Assembly: GCA_964478715.1 (NCBI GenBank)
Contig: CAYZIY010000002.1
Span: 35,179-99,178 of the forward strand
DNA length: 64,000 nucleotides
Direction of reading: 5' to 3'
Source: an uncultured Planctomycetales bacterium
GTDB taxonomy: Bacteria; Omnitrophota; Gorgyraeia; Zapsychrales; JBDRMG01
Part shown: positions 8,693-23,189 of the stretch, piece after piece
How the letters are laid out: each line of letters starts with the position of its first letter
How positions within the stretch are numbered: position 1 is the stretch's first letter
Made by a program: the position numbers and the translations under genes
The notes under the pieces: generated by a model
Seen by the model: the letters and a program-made list of their open reading frames with translations, nothing else
Database searches by the model: none
Told to the model about the DNA's origin: nothing

Positions 8693-11600
8693 ATGAATAA
8701 AATCAAAATCAAGGACTTCAGCAAGATTGTCGATAAATTTCCTTTACCCGGACTTCTTGAAGTTCAAACTGAATCCTATGAGCAATTTTTGCAAAAAGAC
8801 TCTGATCCGGACAAGCGCATGGATCAGGGAATTCAGGAAGTTTTTCAGGAAGTCTTTCCGCTGGAAAGCTATGATGGCCAAATACGCTTGGAATACTTAA
8901 GTTATGCGCTGGGCAAAGAAAAGTATTCCCGAATGGAATGCCAGAGAAGAGGGATGACTTATTCGGCTCCTTTGAAAGTCAAACTCAGACTTATAACACC
9001 CATTGACATTAAAGAACAGGAAGTCTATTTTGGGGAATTCCCTTTGATGACGGAAACAGGGACGTTTATTATTAATGGGGATGAGCGTGTTGTCGTAGCC
9101 CAAATTCAGAGGTCTCCGGGTGTTTCCTTTGAGGAAGAACTGCATCCGACCGGTAAAAGTATTTACTATGGACGGATTATTCCTTCGAGAGGGGCTTGGT
9201 TTGAAATTAAGTATGATTTGAATGATATCCTGATTGCCTATGTTGATCGTCGACGGAATTTCCCTGCCTCCCAGATTTTACGCATCATGGGACTTTCGAG
9301 CGAAGAAGATATGCGCAAGCTTTTCGGCGATCATTTCGAAAAAATCAAGCCAACCTTGGAGAAGGATCACACCCACTCCAAAGAAGAGGCCCTGCTTGAT
9401 TTTTACAGAAAAATGAGACCCACAGAACCGGCAACAGTGGAAGTTGCCGATTCTTTATTTTTCCGCCTTTTTTTTGACCCCAAGCGTTATGATTTAAGTA
9501 AGGTTGGGCGCTATATCATTAATCGCAAGCTAAAAACCACAACACCTTTAGAAAATCGCATTCTTGATATCTCAACCATTGTCGAAGTGATGCGCTATCT
9601 GATCAATTTAAGAGAAGGCAGTGGAGAAATTGACGATATTGATCACTTGGGTAACAGGAGAGTAAAAACGGTCGGAGAGTTAGTTCAAAATCAAGTACGT
9701 ATTGGATTGGCCAGATTAGAGCGTTCTATTAAGGAAAGACTCGTGATCATGAGCAGCTTTGAAAATTTAACCGCTCATCATCTGATTAATTCTCGCCTTT
9801 TTTCTAATCAGATTCAAGATTTCTTTGCCCGCAGTCAGTTATCGCAGTTTATGGATCAAGTTAATCCTATGGCTGAAATGACCCATAAAAGAAGAATCAG
9901 CGCTATCGGTCCGGGCGGTCTCTCGCGCGAGCGAGCAGGATTTGAAGTTCGCGATGTTCACCCGACTCACTATGGTCGTGTCTGTCCCATCGAAACTCCC
10001 GAAGGTCCCAACATCGGCTTGATCGCTTCTTTGACAACTTGCGCGCGCGTCAATCCTTTTGGTTTTATCGAAACGCCTTATCGCCTAGTGCAGGACGGAA
10101 AGGTAACGAAAAAAATCGAATTTCTAACTGCAGATGTCGATCAGGAGAAGTATATTGCCCAGTCGGATGCTCCCATGGATGATGGGGGACAACTAATCGA
10201 AAAACAAGTTTTGTGCCGATTTAAAACAGATTTTCCAAAAATCAAGCCATCTAAAGTGGATTATATGGATGTCAGCCCGAAACAGTTGGTTTCCGTGGCC
10301 GCTTCCTTAATTCCCTTTTTGGAGCATGATGATGCCAATCGGGCTCTGATGGGATCTAATATGCAGCGCCAAGCCGTTCCTTTGATGGAAACGGAAGCGC
10401 CTTATGTAGGTACGGGTATGGAAGGAAAGGTTGCCGAGGATTCAGGTGTTGTTGTGATCGCGAAAGAATCTGGAAAAGTTACTAAAGTTGATGCCCGTGA
10501 GATTATTATTAACAAAACGGTTTATTCGCTTAAAAATTTTATGAGAACCAATGCGAACACTTGCATTAATCAGAAGCCAATTGTGGAATTAGGTGAAACT
10601 GTACAGGCGGGGCAGGTGATTGCGGATGGAATTGCGACAAAATTCGGCCGCATGGCCTTGGGACGAAATGTTTTAGTCGCTTTTATGCCATGGCGCGGGT
10701 ACAATTTTGAAGACGCTATTCTTATCAGCGAGAAAATTGTGCGCGAAGATTGTTATACATCCATCCACGTAGAGAAATTCGAAGTCGAGGCCAGAGAAAC
10801 CCGTTTGGGTAATGAGGAAGTTACTCGCGATATTCCCAATGTGGGCGAAGATGCGCTTAGGGATCTCACCGAAGAGGGAATCGTTCGAATTGGAGCAGAG
10901 GTAAAAGCGGGTGACATTCTTGTCGGAAAGGTTACTCCCAAAAGCGAAAAAGAACTTTCCCCGGAAGAGCGACTTTTAAGAGCTATTTTTGGAGAGAAGG
11001 CCGCAGATATTCGCGATACTTCATTAACACTTTCTCCGGGTATCGAAGGCGTTGTTGTTAATGTCGAGCTTTTTCAGAGAACAGAACGGGGCAGAAAATC
11101 AAAAGTGGACAAAGCCAAAGAACAGAATGCGATAAAGAAAATCAAAGAATATTACAAGCAGGAAATGGCTTTTATAGAAGACGAAAAGCAAAAACGAATT
11201 TGTCAAATACTTAACATTGACAAGAAAAAACTTGAGAAGCTTTCTGTATCGGATATTACTAATGATGATGAGGCTCGTGAGGCTTTGGATTTCTTTTCCG
11301 ATAAGATCACAGAGTTGTCGGAAGAGCAGGATCAGGAAATCGACCGCGTCAAGCGAGGCGACGAGCTCCCGGCAGGTGTACTTAAGCGTGTCGTTGTTTA
11401 TGTGGCGACAAAGAGAAAACTTTCCGAGGGAGATAAGATGGCCGGGCGACATGGAAACAAAGGTGTTGTTTCTCGCATTCTTCCGGAAGAGGATATGCCG
11501 TTTTTGGAAGACGGCATATCCGTTGATATCGTCCTCAACCCTCTGGGTGTTCCCAGCCGAATGAACGTCGGACAGCTTTTGGAAACTCATTTAGGTTGGG

Positions 11601-12166
11601 CAGCCAAAGTGCTGGGTTTTCATGCAGAGACGCCGGTTTTTAACGGAATACGGGAACTGGAAATAAGAGAGCTGTTGAAGCAAGCTAATCTGCCAGACGA
11701 TGGAAAGGCCATTGTTTTTGATGGGCATACCGGGCAGCCTTTTGATCAAAAAGTGACTGTTGGCTATATTTATATGATGAAATTGAATCACCTCGTTGAT
11801 GAAAAAATACATGCTCGTTCAATCGGTCCTTATTCATTGGTAACCCAGCAGCCTTTGGGGGGTAAAGCGCATTTTGGAGGACAGAGATTCGGCGAGATGG
11901 AGGTTTGGGCGCTCGAGGCCTACGGGGCTGCTTACACGCTTCAGGAAATGCTTACTGTTAAAAGCGATGATGTTCAGGGGCGCAGTCGTATTTATGAGGC
12001 GATTGTTAAAGGGGAACAAAAACTTTCGCCTGGAACCCCTGAATCTTTTAATGTTTTAATGAAGGAACTTCAAGGGCTTTGTCTGGATGTTCGCGTGGAA
12101 ATCAAGGGAGATGGAAAAGCGGAAGGTAAAGAAAGCAAAAATAGAAAGGAAGATAAGACCATATGA
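8693..12166 (+). CDS. rpoB: DNA-directed RNA polymerase subunit beta
   Basis: 1157 aa with conserved beta-subunit blocks (e.g. [27 protein letters not shown]). Confidence 0.97.
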   Translation: MNKIKIKDFSKIVDKFPLPGLLEVQTESYEQFLQKDSDPDKRMDQGIQEVFQEVFPLESYDGQIRLEYLSYALGKEKYSRMECQRRGMTYSAPLKVKLRLITPIDIKEQEVYFGEFPLMTETGTFIINGDERVVVAQIQRSPGVSFEEELHPTGKSIYYGRIIPSRGAWFEIKYDLNDILIAYVDRRRNFPASQILRIMGLSSEEDMRKLFGDHFEKIKPTLEKDHTHSKEEALLDFYRKMRPTEPATVEVADSLFFRLFFDPKRYDLSKVGRYIINRKLKTTTPLENRILDISTIVEVMRYLINLREGSGEIDDIDHLGNRRVKTVGELVQNQVRIGLARLERSIKERLVIMSSFENLTAHHLINSRLFSNQIQDFFARSQLSQFMDQVNPMAEMTHKRRISAIGPGGLSRERAGFEVRDVHPTHYGRVCPIETPEGPNIGLIASLTTCARVNPFGFIETPYRLVQDGKVTKKIEFLTADVDQEKYIAQSDAPMDDGGQLIEKQVLCRFKTDFPKIKPSKVDYMDVSPKQLVSVAASLIPFLEHDDANRALMGSNMQRQAVPLMETEAPYVGTGMEGKVAEDSGVVVIAKESGKVTKVDAREIIINKTVYSLKNFMRTNANTCINQKPIVELGETVQAGQVIADGIATKFGRMALGRNVLVAFMPWRGYNFEDAILISEKIVREDCYTSIHVEKFEVEARETRLGNEEVTRDIPNVGEDALRDLTEEGIVRIGAEVKAGDILVGKVTPKSEKELSPEERLLRAIFGEKAADIRDTSLTLSPGIEGVVVNVELFQRTERGRKSKVDKAKEQNAIKKIKEYYKQEMAFIEDEKQKRICQILNIDKKKLEKLSVSDITNDDEAREALDFFSDKITELSEEQDQEIDRVKRGDELPAGVLKRVVVYVATKRKLSEGDKMAGRHGNKGVVSRILPEEDMPFLEDGISVDIVLNPLGVPSRMNVGQLLETHLGWAAKVLGFHAETPVFNGIRELEIRELLKQANLPDDGKAIVFDGHTGQPFDQKVTVGYIYMMKLNHLVDEKIHARSIGPYSLVTQQPLGGKAHFGGQRFGEMEVWALEAYGAAYTLQEMLTVKSDDVQGRSRIYEAIVKGEQKLSPGTPESFNVLMKELQGLCLDVRVEIKGDGKAEGKESKNRKEDKTI

Positions 12167-15100
12167 GCGAATTTAAGGATTACGATGGAATTTCCATCAG
12201 GATCGCTTCACCACAAGTGATTCGTTCTTGGTCACAAGGTGTTGTTAAGAAAGCGGAAACGCTTAATTACCGAACCTTAAAACCTGAAAAGGACGGTCTA
12301 TTTTGCGAGAGGATATTTGGTCCTGTACGCGATTGGGAGTGTAATTGCGGCAAATATAAAGGAATTAAATTTAAAGGAATCATCTGCGATAGATGTGGTG
12401 TTATTGTGACGCGTTCTTCGGTTCGCAGAGAACGGATGGGGCATATCGAACTAGCCGCTCCGGTAACACACATTTGGTTCTACAAAGCCGTTCCCAGTCG
12501 ACTGTCAGCCCTGTTGCAAATTACTTTACGCGAACTCGAAAAAATTATTTATTACGAAGAATATATTGTTATCGATTCCGGCGAAACGTCTTTGAAAAAG
12601 AAGCAGCTTCTCACGGAAGACGAATATCAAGACGCGCTTGTTAAGTTTGGCGGGGCTTTTAAGGCAAAAATTGGAGCCGAAGCAGTCAGAGAGCTTTTAC
12701 GCGAATTAGATTTAGACAATCTCTGTAAAAAGTTACGTAAGGATTTAGAGAAGGCCAATCCTTCAGGAACTAATGCTAAAAAGATATCGAAAATGTTAAA
12801 AGTGACAGAGGATTTTAAGAGTTCCGGCAACCTGGCCGAGTGGATGATTTTGGAGGCTTTACCGGTTATCCCACCTGACTTAAGGCCGCTCGTCCCCCTG
12901 GAAGGAGGACGTTTTGCGACCTCCGACTTGAATGATCTCTATCGGCGTGTCATCAACAGGAATAATAGGTTGAAAAAGCTTATGGATCTTAAAGCTCCCG
13001 AGATCATTATTCGCAATGAAAAACGGATGCTGCAGGAATCGGTTGACGCTCTTTTGGATAATGGACGGCATGGACGTCCTGTCTTGGGAAGCGGTAATCG
13101 ACCGCTGAAGTCTTTGTCTGATATGCTTAAAGGAAAGCAGGGTCGCTTTCGCATGAATTTATTGGGTAAGCGTGTGGATTATTCCGGTCGCTCGGTGATC
13201 GTTGTTGGTCCGGAGCTAAAAATTCATCAGTGCGGCTTACCTAAAAAGATGGCTCTTGAACTTTTTGAGCCGTTTATCATTCGAAAGCTACGCGAAAAAG
13301 GTTTTGTTCATACGATTAAAGGCGCTAAGCGAATGGTTGAGCGGGCGAAGATTGAGGTTTGGGATATTCTGGATGAAGTGATTTGCGATCATCCAATCAT
13401 GCTCAATCGTGCCCCAACTTTGCACCGCTTAAGTATTCAATCCTTTCAGCCTATTCTTATTGAAGGAAAAGCCATTAAGCTACATCCTTTGGTTTGCGCG
13501 GCTTTCAATGCAGATTTTGACGGGGATCAAATGGCCGTTCATGTTCCGCTTTCATTGGAGGCTCAGATAGAGTGCCGTATCGAATTATTGGCGATGAATA
13601 ATATATTCTCACCGGCAGACGGAAGACCTGTTGTCACCCCCTCCCAAGATGTTGTTCTGGGTCTTTATTATTTAACCAAAGATAAGCTTGCCGGAAAAGG
13701 CCAGGGATTAACATTTGCTAACTCTGAAGAAGTACTCATTGCCTTTAATGATCACTTGATCGATCTGCATTCCCGGATTAAATTCAAATGGGACGGAACG
13801 ATTTGGGGAGAAGAAAAGCCCTCTCTTATTATTTCTCAACAGGATATGTTGGAAGGCGAAAAGAAAAAAGAGAAGGATGAAGAAAAGTATAGAAAAATTC
13901 CAACTATCGAAACGACGGCCGGGCGAGTGATGCTCAATCAATTACTCCCCAAAGGTTTCGGTTTTGTTAACGAGACACTTAACAAGAAGAAAATAGGAGC
14001 CGTGATTTCAGATTGTTATAAACGTTACAGCCAGCACCAGACTATTCTGTTGCTGGATGAATTTAAGGATCTCGGTTTTTCAATGGCGACATTGGCAGGG
14101 ATTTCCATTAGCATTGCCGATTTGACAATTCCTCCGGAGAAAAAGGAATTAATCAAAAATTCTCGCGCAGAAATCGCTAAGGTCGAAGATCAATATCGCA
14201 AAGGCGTGATTACAGGTCGGGAACGATATAACAAGATTATCGATGTCTGGACGCATGCCACCGAGTCATTGTCGGATCTTGTTTTTAAGAAAATGGATGA
14301 ATTTAATCCCGTATTTATTATGGCTGATTCCGGAGCCCGAGGTTCCCGACTGCAAATCCGGCAGCTTTCGGGGATGAGAGGGCTGATGGCCAAGCCATCA
14401 GGCGAAATTATCGAGAATCCGATCACGGCCAGTTTTCGCGAAGGGCTTTCGGTTTTGGAATATTTTATTTCGACGCACGGGGCCCGTAAAGGTTTGGCTG
14501 ATACCGCCTTGAAAACGGCTGATGCCGGCTATTTGACCCGGCGTTTGGTTGATGTTGCTCAAGAGATCGTTATCACGGAAGAAGATTGCGGAACGCTTAA
14601 CGGTATTACTGTTTCAGCAATTATTGAAGGAGATGAGGTTGTAGTCAGCCTCAAAGAACGTATCGTTGGACGTGTTGCGCTGGATAATATTGTTGATGTT
14701 ATTACAGACCAGTTGGTTGTCGAATCGGGTGAGCAGATTACGGAAGAGAAAGCCGAAATGATCGAACAGTTGGGTATAGAGAAAGTAAGAATACGCAGTG
14801 TTTTGACATGTGAGTCTGATCTTGGTGTTTGCATCAAATGTTACGGAAGGAATCTTGCCACACAGAGACTAGTGGAAATCGGAGAGGCCGTAGGTATTAT
14901 TGCTGCTCAGAGCATTGGTGAACCCGGAACTCAGTTGACGATGCGGACATTCCACATCGGCGGAACAGCGTCTCGGGCAGTTGAGCAGTCCTTTATCCGA
15001 TCGAAGAATAAAGGTTTGGTTAAATATCATAAATTACGAGTTGTAGAAAGAGAAAAACAATATGTCGTATTAAACCGAAACGGATCTATCAGCATCAACG

Positions 15101-16269
15101 ATGAGCTCGGCCGAGAATACGAACGGCACCAATTACCGCAGGGTGCCACAATATCGTATGTAGATGGATCTGCGATCAATGAGGGTGTTGTTTTTGTCAC
15201 TTGGGATCCCTATACCATTCCTATTATTTCTGAAGTGAAAGGGATTGTGAATTTTGAGGATTTGAAAGAAGATGTCACCGTCAGACAGGAACAGAACACG
15301 GTAACTGGAATTGTTGAGCGCGTAGTTGTTGAGCATAAGCAGGAATTTCATCCACAGATAATTGTAACCGATGAGAGAAAAGAAGTCTTGGGTATCTACT
15401 CCATTCCTGTTGGTGCTCATATTCTGGTCAAAGATAAACAAAATGTGGGAGCCGGTGAATTGTTGGCCAAAATTCCACGGGGTGTTCAGAAAACCAGGGA
15501 TATCACTGGGGGTTTGCCCAGGGTAGCTGAGCTTTTTGAGGCCCGTCGCCCAAAGGATCCGGCTGTGATCAGTGAAATAGACGGTTTTGTTGAATTCGGT
15601 GAAGACCAGAAGGGACGACGTAAGATTATTATACGTTCAACAACAGAAATGATCAAAGAATACATTATTCCTCATGGCAAACATCCGAATGTGTATAAAG
15701 GCGATCGTGTTTTTGCCGGACAACAATTAACTGACGGTCCGGTCGTTCCACATGACATTCTAAGGGTTTGCGGCGATAAAATTCTTCAGGAATATCTGCT
15801 CAATGAAATTCAGGAGGTTTACCGGCTTCAAGGGGTAAGGATTAACGATAAACATATTGAACTTATTATTTCCCAAATGCTCAAGAAAGTTAAAATCGAA
15901 GAATCCGGTGATACAGACTTCCTGGTCGGAGAACAGGTAGACCGTTCAATCTTTAATCGGGTTAACCAGGAAGTGATCAAAAAGAAGAAAAAACCCGCTT
16001 CGGCAACTCCTCTTTTATTGGGGATAACCAAGGTAAGCCTGACAACAGAGAGCTTTATTTCTGCTGCTTCGTTTCAAGAAACAACAAGAGTCTTGACAGA
16101 AGCCGCCGCTTCTGGTAAAAGAGACAGTTTACGTGGCTTAAAAGAAAATGTTATTGTAGGACATTTGATTCCCGCGGGAACGGGTTTCGCAAAATATAAA
16201 AACGTAGAAATGGTGAAATATGCCGACGATATCACAACTGATCAGGAAGAGAAGAAGACAAAAGCATAA
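12163..16269 (+). CDS. rpoC: DNA-directed RNA polymerase subunit beta'
   Basis: 1368 aa; N-terminal zinc-binding Cys motif and catalytic NADFDGD; the last 50 nt overlap rpsL in another frame. Confidence 0.97.
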   Translation: MSEFKDYDGISIRIASPQVIRSWSQGVVKKAETLNYRTLKPEKDGLFCERIFGPVRDWECNCGKYKGIKFKGIICDRCGVIVTRSSVRRERMGHIELAAPVTHIWFYKAVPSRLSALLQITLRELEKIIYYEEYIVIDSGETSLKKKQLLTEDEYQDALVKFGGAFKAKIGAEAVRELLRELDLDNLCKKLRKDLEKANPSGTNAKKISKMLKVTEDFKSSGNLAEWMILEALPVIPPDLRPLVPLEGGRFATSDLNDLYRRVINRNNRLKKLMDLKAPEIIIRNEKRMLQESVDALLDNGRHGRPVLGSGNRPLKSLSDMLKGKQGRFRMNLLGKRVDYSGRSVIVVGPELKIHQCGLPKKMALELFEPFIIRKLREKGFVHTIKGAKRMVERAKIEVWDILDEVICDHPIMLNRAPTLHRLSIQSFQPILIEGKAIKLHPLVCAAFNADFDGDQMAVHVPLSLEAQIECRIELLAMNNIFSPADGRPVVTPSQDVVLGLYYLTKDKLAGKGQGLTFANSEEVLIAFNDHLIDLHSRIKFKWDGTIWGEEKPSLIISQQDMLEGEKKKEKDEEKYRKIPTIETTAGRVMLNQLLPKGFGFVNETLNKKKIGAVISDCYKRYSQHQTILLLDEFKDLGFSMATLAGISISIADLTIPPEKKELIKNSRAEIAKVEDQYRKGVITGRERYNKIIDVWTHATESLSDLVFKKMDEFNPVFIMADSGARGSRLQIRQLSGMRGLMAKPSGEIIENPITASFREGLSVLEYFISTHGARKGLADTALKTADAGYLTRRLVDVAQEIVITEEDCGTLNGITVSAIIEGDEVVVSLKERIVGRVALDNIVDVITDQLVVESGEQITEEKAEMIEQLGIEKVRIRSVLTCESDLGVCIKCYGRNLATQRLVEIGEAVGIIAAQSIGEPGTQLTMRTFHIGGTASRAVEQSFIRSKNKGLVKYHKLRVVEREKQYVVLNRNGSISINDELGREYERHQLPQGATISYVDGSAINEGVVFVTWDPYTIPIISEVKGIVNFEDLKEDVTVRQEQNTVTGIVERVVVEHKQEFHPQIIVTDERKEVLGIYSIPVGAHILVKDKQNVGAGELLAKIPRGVQKTRDITGGLPRVAELFEARRPKDPAVISEIDGFVEFGEDQKGRRKIIIRSTTEMIKEYIIPHGKHPNVYKGDRVFAGQQLTDGPVVPHDILRVCGDKILQEYLLNEIQEVYRLQGVRINDKHIELIISQMLKKVKIEESGDTDFLVGEQVDRSIFNRVNQEVIKKKKKPASATPLLLGITKVSLTTESFISAASFQETTRVLTEAAASGKRDSLRGLKENVIVGHLIPAGTGFAKYKNVEMVKYADDITTDQEEKKTKA

Positions 16270-16591
16270 AAAGGGGAAGTCGCCCGCATTGACTAATTGT
16301 CCGCAAAGACGCGGCGTATGTCTGCAGGTGAAAACCATGACTCCCAAAAAACCAAATTCGGCTTTAAGAAAAATTGCCAGGGTCAGATTGACAAACCGTT
16401 ACGAAGTCACATCCTATATTCCTGGTGAAGGACATAATCTTCAGGAGCACTCAATTGTTTTGGTGCGCGGAGGACGTGTTAAGGATCTTCCCGGAGTTCG
16501 CTATCATATTGTGAGAGGAACACTAGATACTGCCGGGGTGGCCAATAGAAAGAAATCACGTTCAAAATACGGAACGAAGAAAGAAAAATAG
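16220..16591 (+). CDS. rpsL: 30S ribosomal protein S12
   Basis: [10 protein letters not shown]...[10 protein letters not shown]...[16 protein letters not shown]; canonical N-terminus at 16220. Confidence 0.95.
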   Translation: MPTISQLIRKRRRQKHKKGKSPALTNCPQRRGVCLQVKTMTPKKPNSALRKIARVRLTNRYEVTSYIPGEGHNLQEHSIVLVRGGRVKDLPGVRYHIVRGTLDTAGVANRKKSRSKYGTKKEK

Positions 16592-16593
16592 AT

Positions 16594-17064
16594 ATGAGAA
16601 GACATGCCGCAGATAAAAAGGAAGTTCTTCCGGATAAAAAGTACGATAGTCCGCTGGTTTCTCGTTTTATCAATGTCATAATGACTCAAGGAAAGAAATC
16701 TAAAGCGGAAAGTATTGTTTATGGAGCTTTTGAAATAATTAAAGAAAAAGCCAGTGAAGAAGATGCGGTGAAAGCCTTTTACAAGGCGATTGATAATGTC
16801 CGACCTCGCATTGAAGTCAAGCCTCGCCGAGTCGGCGGAGCTACTTATCAGATTCCTATGGAGGTAGAAGGTAATCGGGGTAATTCTATCGCGATGCGCT
16901 GGATCAGGGATTTTGCCCTGGCCAAAAAAGGTAAACCGATGAAGCAAAAACTGGCCGATGAGCTTTTCTTAGCCTATAAGGCCGAAGGTCCAGCTATTAA
17001 AAAACGGGATGATTTGCATAAAATGGCGGAGTCTAATAAGGCCTTCGCTCATTTAAGATGGTAG
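16594..17064 (+). CDS. rpsG: 30S ribosomal protein S7
   Basis: 156 aa in the str operon context. Confidence 0.95.
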   Translation: MRRHAADKKEVLPDKKYDSPLVSRFINVIMTQGKKSKAESIVYGAFEIIKEKASEEDAVKAFYKAIDNVRPRIEVKPRRVGGATYQIPMEVEGNRGNSIAMRWIRDFALAKKGKPMKQKLADELFLAYKAEGPAIKKRDDLHKMAESNKAFAHLRW

Positions 17065-17069
17065 GAGTT

Positions 17070-19169
17070 ATGGCAACGAAGGTACCATTAGAAAAAGTTA
17101 GAAATATCGGCATTGTAGCTCATATTGATGCCGGTAAGACCACAACGACTGAGCGTGTCCTTTTCTATACAGGTGTCATTCACCGTCTGGGAACTGTGGA
17201 TGAAGGAACGGCTACAATGGACTGGATGGCTCAGGAGCAGGAGAGGGGTATTACCATTACGTCTGCTAATACAACGGTTCAGTGGCAGGGTTATCGTATC
17301 AATATCATTGATACGCCTGGACATGTTGATTTTACTGTTGAGGTTGAAAGGTCTTTGAAAGTCTTAGATGGAGCGGTAGTTGTTGTGTGTGCGTGTTCCG
17401 GTGTTGAGCCGCAAACGGAAACAGTCTGGCGCCAAGCAGATCGCTATAATGTACCCCGTATTGCTTTCATTAATAAAATGGACCGCATGGGAGCTGATTT
17501 CTATTCTGTCATTGACCAAATGCATGAGCGACTAGGTGCCAATGCGGCAGCGATTCAGATTCCGGTTGGCGCAGAAGATAAATTTGAAGGAATTATTGAT
17601 TTAATCCGCGAGCAGTTCATTACTTATGAAGATGAACAGGGAATTAAGAGAAAAAAGCTGGATGTCCCCAATGATTATAAGGAAAAGGTGGCGGAATATA
17701 GGAAAATCTTAATTGAGAAATTAGCTGATTATGACCATAGGATATTGGAAAAATATATTGATGGCCAAGAAGTTAGCACGGAAGATATCATGTATGCTAT
17801 TCGCATTGGCGTTGTGAAAAATCAATTTATTCCGGTTTTATGCGGCACGGCTCTTAAGAATAAGGGTATTCAGATGGTCGTCGACGCTGTTTGCGACTAT
17901 CTTCCTTCTCCTTTAGAAGTTCCTCCTGTTAGCGGCATTCATCCCAAAACAGAAGAATACACTGAACGCCTGCCCGATGAAAAGCAACCATCGAGCGCCT
18001 TAACATTTAAAGTAGCCACAGATCCCTATGTTGGTAAGCTATTCTATGCTCGTGTTTATTCTGGAAAGATTAAAAGCGGAGAACAGATCTATAATGCCAC
18101 ACGACGCTGCAAAGAGAGGATTTCAAAAATTGTTATGATGCATTCCAACAAGCAGGAAATTATCGAAGAAGCCGGTCCTGGGCAGATTGTGGCTTTGGTC
18201 GGGCTCAAAGAGACGAAGTCCGGAGATACTCTCTGCAGCGAACATGCTCCCTTGATTATTGAGAGTATGAAGATTCCGGAACCGGTTGTCTCTATGGCTA
18301 TTGAGCCTAAAACGAAAGCCGACCAAGATAAGTTGGGTATGGTTTTAAGAAAATTTCTGGATGAGGATCCCTCATTGACTGTCAAATACGATACAGAAAC
18401 CGGAGAGACTATTCTTTCCGGCATGGGCGAACTTCATTTGGAAATCATAATTGATCGCATGAAAAGGGAATTTAATTTGGATACAAAGGTTGGACGTCCG
18501 CAAGTATCTTATCATGAAACGATTATGTCCAAGGTCAAGGGAATTGAAGGTAAATTTATTTCTCAGACCGGTGGTCGCGGGCAGTATGGTCATGTCATTA
18601 TTGATGTGGAGCCAACTGAGGAGCGTGGAAAAGGTATTATTTTCGAAGATAAGATCAGAGGCGGGGCCATTCCCCGGGAATTTATCCGTAGCGTTGAGAA
18701 GGGTATTAATTCTGGTGCCAACATAGGTATTTTAGCCGGTTATCCTGTTACGGATATCCACGTAACTTTGGTTGATGGTTCTTATCATGAGGTTGACTCC
18801 AGCGATATTGCTTTCCAATTGGCCGCAAAGACAGCTTTGCAGGGTGCTTTGAGAAAAGGAAAAAGTGTTTTTCTCGAACCCATTATGGATATAGAAGTTA
18901 CCGTTCCCGAAGAATTTATGGGCACTGTGATCGGAGATCTTAATACCCGTCGGGCAAAGATTGTGGCTATGGGAACTAGAGGAAAACTAAAAACTGCTCG
19001 TTGCGAAGTGCCATTGGCTGAAATGTTTAATTATGCTAATGCTCTGCGATCGCTATCGCAGGGTCGTGCCAATTTTTCAATGGAACCAGCGTTTTATGCC
19101 GCTGTTCCTCATCATATAGCAGAGAAGATTATTGGACAAAGAACGGCTACTGCTGGAGAGAAAAGATAA
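17070..19169 (+). CDS. fusA: elongation factor G
   Basis: GTPase motifs [21 protein letters not shown]; start placed at the ATG (MATKV) preceded by AGGAG, in frame with the track ORF that begins at 17058. Confidence 0.93.
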   Translation: MATKVPLEKVRNIGIVAHIDAGKTTTTERVLFYTGVIHRLGTVDEGTATMDWMAQEQERGITITSANTTVQWQGYRINIIDTPGHVDFTVEVERSLKVLDGAVVVVCACSGVEPQTETVWRQADRYNVPRIAFINKMDRMGADFYSVIDQMHERLGANAAAIQIPVGAEDKFEGIIDLIREQFITYEDEQGIKRKKLDVPNDYKEKVAEYRKILIEKLADYDHRILEKYIDGQEVSTEDIMYAIRIGVVKNQFIPVLCGTALKNKGIQMVVDAVCDYLPSPLEVPPVSGIHPKTEEYTERLPDEKQPSSALTFKVATDPYVGKLFYARVYSGKIKSGEQIYNATRRCKERISKIVMMHSNKQEIIEEAGPGQIVALVGLKETKSGDTLCSEHAPLIIESMKIPEPVVSMAIEPKTKADQDKLGMVLRKFLDEDPSLTVKYDTETGETILSGMGELHLEIIIDRMKREFNLDTKVGRPQVSYHETIMSKVKGIEGKFISQTGGRGQYGHVIIDVEPTEERGKGIIFEDKIRGGAIPREFIRSVEKGINSGANIGILAGYPVTDIHVTLVDGSYHEVDSSDIAFQLAAKTALQGALRKGKSVFLEPIMDIEVTVPEEFMGTVIGDLNTRRAKIVAMGTRGKLKTARCEVPLAEMFNYANALRSLSQGRANFSMEPAFYAAVPHHIAEKIIGQRTATAGEKR

Positions 19170-19206
19170 AAGGAAATAAGCTAACCGGAAAAGGGAGGGT
19201 GAGTTT

Positions 19207-20400
19207 ATGGCTAAGGAAAAATTTGTAAGAAGCAAACCGCATTTGAATATTGGAACCATCGGGCATGTCGATCACGGGAAAACAACATTATCTGCTGCGA
19301 TTACGACAATCTTATCCAAGCAGGGATTGGCAACGGCTCGAACATTCGATTCCATCGATAATGCTCCGGAAGAAAAAGAAAGGGGCGTTACTATCAATAT
19401 CGCCCATCTGGAGTATGAGACTGAAAAACGTCACTATGCCCACATTGATTGTCCCGGACATGCTGACTATATTAAAAATATGATCACCGGTGCCGCTCAG
19501 ATGGATGGGGCTATTCTTGTTGTTTCAGCGGCTGACGGTCCAATGCCTCAGACGCGCGAGCATATTCTTTTGGCCCGCCAGGTAAACGTTCCTCAAATCG
19601 TTGTTTATCTTAATAAATGCGATCAAGTGGAGGATAAAGAGCTTCTTGAATTGGTCGAACTTGAGGTTCGCGATCTTCTCAGTAAATATAAATTTGACGG
19701 TGAAAAAACACCCATCATCAAAGGAAGCGCTCTGGATGCATTGAACAACATTGATGATCCGGAAAAAACAAAGTCTATCGTGGAGCTGATGAAAGCCGTC
19801 GATGAATATATTCCTGCTCCTACTCGAGAGCTGGATAAGCCTTTCTTGATGGCCGTTGAAGATATTTTTTCAATCTCTGGACGCGGAACAGTGGCTACCG
19901 GTCGTATTGAGCGCGGTGTTGTCAAGGTTGGCGAAGAGGTTGAAATCGTGGGATTAAAGCCAGAAACTAGCAAAACCGTTATTACCGGTGTTGAAATGTT
20001 CCGTAAGGAACTGGATGAAGGGCAAGCCGGTGATAATGTTGGTTTGCTTCTGCGCGGTGTCGATAAAGAGGCCATCGAAAGAGGCATGGTTTTGGCAAAG
20101 ACCGGTTCAATTACACCCCATACAAAGTTTAAGTCAAGAGTTTATGTTTTGACTAAGGAAGAGGGTGGCCGTCATACGCCGTTTTTCAAGGGTTATCGTC
20201 CGCAGTTTTATTTTCGGACAACAGACGTTACAGGAACAGCTGAATTACCTGAAGGTGTGGAAATGTGTATGCCGGGTGATAATGTCGAATTAACGGTTGA
20301 GCTGATCGTTCCTGTGGCTATGGAAAAAGAACTTCGCTTTGCAATCCGAGAAGGCGGTCGAACCGTCGGAGCGGGTGTGATCAGCGAAGTCATTAAGTAA
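19207..20400 (+). CDS. tuf: elongation factor Tu
   Basis: [22 protein letters not shown] motifs; GGGAGG ribosome-binding site. Confidence 0.97.
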   Translation: MAKEKFVRSKPHLNIGTIGHVDHGKTTLSAAITTILSKQGLATARTFDSIDNAPEEKERGVTINIAHLEYETEKRHYAHIDCPGHADYIKNMITGAAQMDGAILVVSAADGPMPQTREHILLARQVNVPQIVVYLNKCDQVEDKELLELVELEVRDLLSKYKFDGEKTPIIKGSALDALNNIDDPEKTKSIVELMKAVDEYIPAPTRELDKPFLMAVEDIFSISGRGTVATGRIERGVVKVGEEVEIVGLKPETSKTVITGVEMFRKELDEGQAGDNVGLLLRGVDKEAIERGMVLAKTGSITPHTKFKSRVYVLTKEEGGRHTPFFKGYRPQFYFRTTDVTGTAELPEGVEMCMPGDNVELTVELIVPVAMEKELRFAIREGGRTVGAGVISEVIK

Positions 20401-20414
20401 AAGCACAAATACTA

Positions 20415-20726
20415 ATGGCACAATTACAAAAAATTAGGATTAAATTAAAAGCATATGATCATCGGTTGATTGATCAATCGTCACAGGAAATTGTTGACAC
20501 AGCAATGCGAACAGGAGCTCGTGTTTCCGGACCTATTCCTCTTCCGACCAAAAAAGAGCTCTATACCGTATTAAGATCACCGGTGATTGATAAGAAATCT
20601 CGCGAGCAATTCCGGTTAGCGACACATAAGCGCCTCATTGATCTTTTTGAGCCAACGGCTAAAACCGTTGAGGCGCTTCGTAAGCTTAATCTTCCGGCCG
20701 GAGTCGATGTGGAAATTAAGCAGTAA
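20415..20726 (+). CDS. rpsJ: 30S ribosomal protein S10
   Basis: 103 aa; [14 protein letters not shown]. Confidence 0.95.
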   Translation: MAQLQKIRIKLKAYDHRLIDQSSQEIVDTAMRTGARVSGPIPLPTKKELYTVLRSPVIDKKSREQFRLATHKRLIDLFEPTAKTVEALRKLNLPAGVDVEIKQ

Positions 20727-20735
20727 GGGTAAACT

Positions 20736-21449
20736 ATGGTCTCAGGTCTTGTTGCCAAGAAAATAGGGATGACTCAAATCTTCGATAAGGAAGGGAATAT
20801 TATTCCTGTTACAGCTCTTGAGGTGGGACCTTGTGTTATTTTGGAACTTAAAGAGTCACCCTTAAAGGCAAAACTTGGATTTGAAACTACTAAGGAAAGC
20901 AAGCTTAAGAAGCCGCAGATCGGGTTTTTCAAGAAAATAAAAGTCAATCCGATGCGTATCATTAAGGAAGTTCCCAGTGCAGACAACAGCGACTTGAAGG
21001 TAGGTCAAGAGCTCAAAGCAGATCTTTTTCGACCCGGGGACTATGTAGATGTGAGGGGAACATCTGTAGGTAAGGGTTTTCAAGGAGGCATGAAGCGCTG
21101 GCATTGGAGTGGTGGGCCCAAGGGGCACGGCTCAATGCATCACAGGCGTGTTGGATCCATCGGTGCCAGTGCGGATCCCAGTCGGACATTTAGGGGTACA
21201 CATATGCCTGGCCACATGGGAAATCAAACAGTAACCGTGCAAAATCTAAGAGTGATGGCTGTTGATTCTGAAAATAATCTTGTCCTGGTGCAGGGTTGTG
21301 TCCCGGGTCATCGGTATGCTTATCTGACGATCAGAATTTCGAAGAAAAAGAAATTCAAGTCTCTGGATGAGAAAGCTGTTGTCCATAAGAAATCAAGAAA
21401 CCCCTTAAAGCAAAGCAAGACCAAGGCTAGGGGTAAAGGGAAAAAATAG
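20736..21449 (+). CDS. rplC: 50S ribosomal protein L3
   Basis: [13 protein letters not shown]; 237 aa with a basic C-terminal tail. Confidence 0.93.
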   Translation: MVSGLVAKKIGMTQIFDKEGNIIPVTALEVGPCVILELKESPLKAKLGFETTKESKLKKPQIGFFKKIKVNPMRIIKEVPSADNSDLKVGQELKADLFRPGDYVDVRGTSVGKGFQGGMKRWHWSGGPKGHGSMHHRRVGSIGASADPSRTFRGTHMPGHMGNQTVTVQNLRVMAVDSENNLVLVQGCVPGHRYAYLTIRISKKKKFKSLDEKAVVHKKSRNPLKQSKTKARGKGKK

Positions 21450-21450
21450 A

Positions 21451-22074
21451 ATGGCTGCGATAGATATCTACAATAAAGATGGCAAGAAAATTGAAAGCAT
21501 TGATTTGCCTGAAAATCTAATAAAGGGGCGTGTCAATGAGCAGCTGATTCATCAGGTCATTGTTATGTATCTGGCAAATGACCGCCAAGGAACAGCATCG
21601 ACGAAAGAACGAGGGGCTGTCTCCGGTGGTGGTGCGAAGCCTTATCGCCAGAAAGGAACAGGCAGAGCCCGTGTCGGTTCCAACAGAAATCCTATCTGGC
21701 GAGGTGGCGGGACTGTTTTTGGTCCAACACCTCGTGATTTTCGTTGCAAAATTTCAAAAAAGATGAGATTAGGAGCTCTGCGCGAGAGCTTAAAGGCTAA
21801 ACTTCAGTCTGATAGTGTATATTGCATTGATGAAATAAATTTGCAGTCTGAAAAAACAAAAGATTTTTCCAGGATGCTGGATAAGCTTAAGCTGTCGTCA
21901 AAGACACTTGGCCTTATTGATGACAATGAGAAAATGATCAATCGAGTCTCTCGAAATATTTCTCTTTTTCGATCTTTAAGCGTAACAGACGTTAACGCTT
22001 ATGATATGTTGACGCATAAAAAGATTCTTATAACAAAATCAGCATTGAAAAATTTAATGAAACGTGTCAAATGA
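21451..22074 (+). CDS. rplD: 50S ribosomal protein L4
   Basis: 207 aa in S10-operon order. Confidence 0.92.
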   Translation: MAAIDIYNKDGKKIESIDLPENLIKGRVNEQLIHQVIVMYLANDRQGTASTKERGAVSGGGAKPYRQKGTGRARVGSNRNPIWRGGGTVFGPTPRDFRCKISKKMRLGALRESLKAKLQSDSVYCIDEINLQSEKTKDFSRMLDKLKLSSKTLGLIDDNEKMINRVSRNISLFRSLSVTDVNAYDMLTHKKILITKSALKNLMKRVK

Positions 22075-22349
22075 TTACTTGCTACGATATTATTGAAACA
22101 TTAATTCGGACCGAGAAAGGAACAACACTTGAACCTTTAAGAAAATATCTTTTTCGGGTAAATCGCAAGGCAACAAAAATTGCTATTAAAAATGCCGTTG
22201 AAGAGATTTATAGCGTAAAAGTACTTGATGTCAATACGGTTATTGTGCCCGGCAAAAAGAAGCGGGTTCGTCAGGAGTTGGGCCATACTGCAGACTGGAA
22301 AAAGGCAATTGTGACTCTTAGAGAAGGTCATGAAATTAAGGTGACATAA
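22071..22349 (+). CDS. rplW: 50S ribosomal protein L23
   Basis: 92 aa in S10-operon order. Confidence 0.9.
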   Translation: MITCYDIIETLIRTEKGTTLEPLRKYLFRVNRKATKIAIKNAVEEIYSVKVLDVNTVIVPGKKKRVRQELGHTADWKKAIVTLREGHEIKVT

Positions 22350-23188
22350 TGGGAATTCGAAAATATAAACCTACAACCAATGGGCTTAGACACGCAGCGA
22401 TTTGTGATTTTTCCGAAATAACCAAGCATAAACCGGAAAAGTCTTTGTTAGAACCTTTGAAAAAATCCGGAGGACGCAATAATTACGGGCGGATTACGTG
22501 TCGTTATCGCGGGGGCGGGCATAAACGAATGTATCGTATCATTGATTTCAAAAGAAAACGCCTTGATGAAACCGCTGTAGTTGTTGGAATTGAGTACGAT
22601 CCGAATCGCTCGGCCCGTATAGCGCTTATCGAATATCAAGATAAAGGCCGTTCTTATATTTTGGCTCCACTGGATCTGAAGCCTGGCGATAAGATTGTGA
22701 GTACGATTAATGGCGATGCCGATTTAAATCCTGGAAACTGCATGCCTTTAAGTAGAATTCCTCTGGGCCTTGCGGTTCATAATGTGGAGTTGAAAGCCGG
22801 AGCGGGTGGCAAAATTGTTAGAGCGGCCGGTTCAGCGGCGCAATTGATGGCTAAGGAAGGAAAACACGGACAATTACGAATGCCCTCAAGCGAGATAAGA
22901 AAAGTCGATCTTGATTGTCGGGCGACTATCGGACAGCTTAGCAATGTAGAAAACGAATCGCAGTCTATCGGTAAAGCTGGACGGATGCGGTGGAAAGGCC
23001 GAAAAGGCGGTGTGCGCGGAGTTGTCATGAATCCGCATGATCATCCGCATGGCGGCGGCGAAGGAAAAGCTCCGCAAGGTAATCCGCATCCCGTGACACC
23101 CTGGGGGAAGCCGACGAAAGGATATAAGACGCGAAAATTACGAAAATATTCAGACAGATTCATCGTTAAAAGAAGGAAGAAAAAGTAA
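22349..23188 (+). CDS. rplB: 50S ribosomal protein L2
   Basis: 279 aa; GGGHKR and [12 protein letters not shown] motifs. Confidence 0.97.
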   Translation: MGIRKYKPTTNGLRHAAICDFSEITKHKPEKSLLEPLKKSGGRNNYGRITCRYRGGGHKRMYRIIDFKRKRLDETAVVVGIEYDPNRSARIALIEYQDKGRSYILAPLDLKPGDKIVSTINGDADLNPGNCMPLSRIPLGLAVHNVELKAGAGGKIVRAAGSAAQLMAKEGKHGQLRMPSSEIRKVDLDCRATIGQLSNVENESQSIGKAGRMRWKGRKGGVRGVVMNPHDHPHGGGEGKAPQGNPHPVTPWGKPTKGYKTRKLRKYSDRFIVKRRKKK

Positions 23189-23189
23189 A

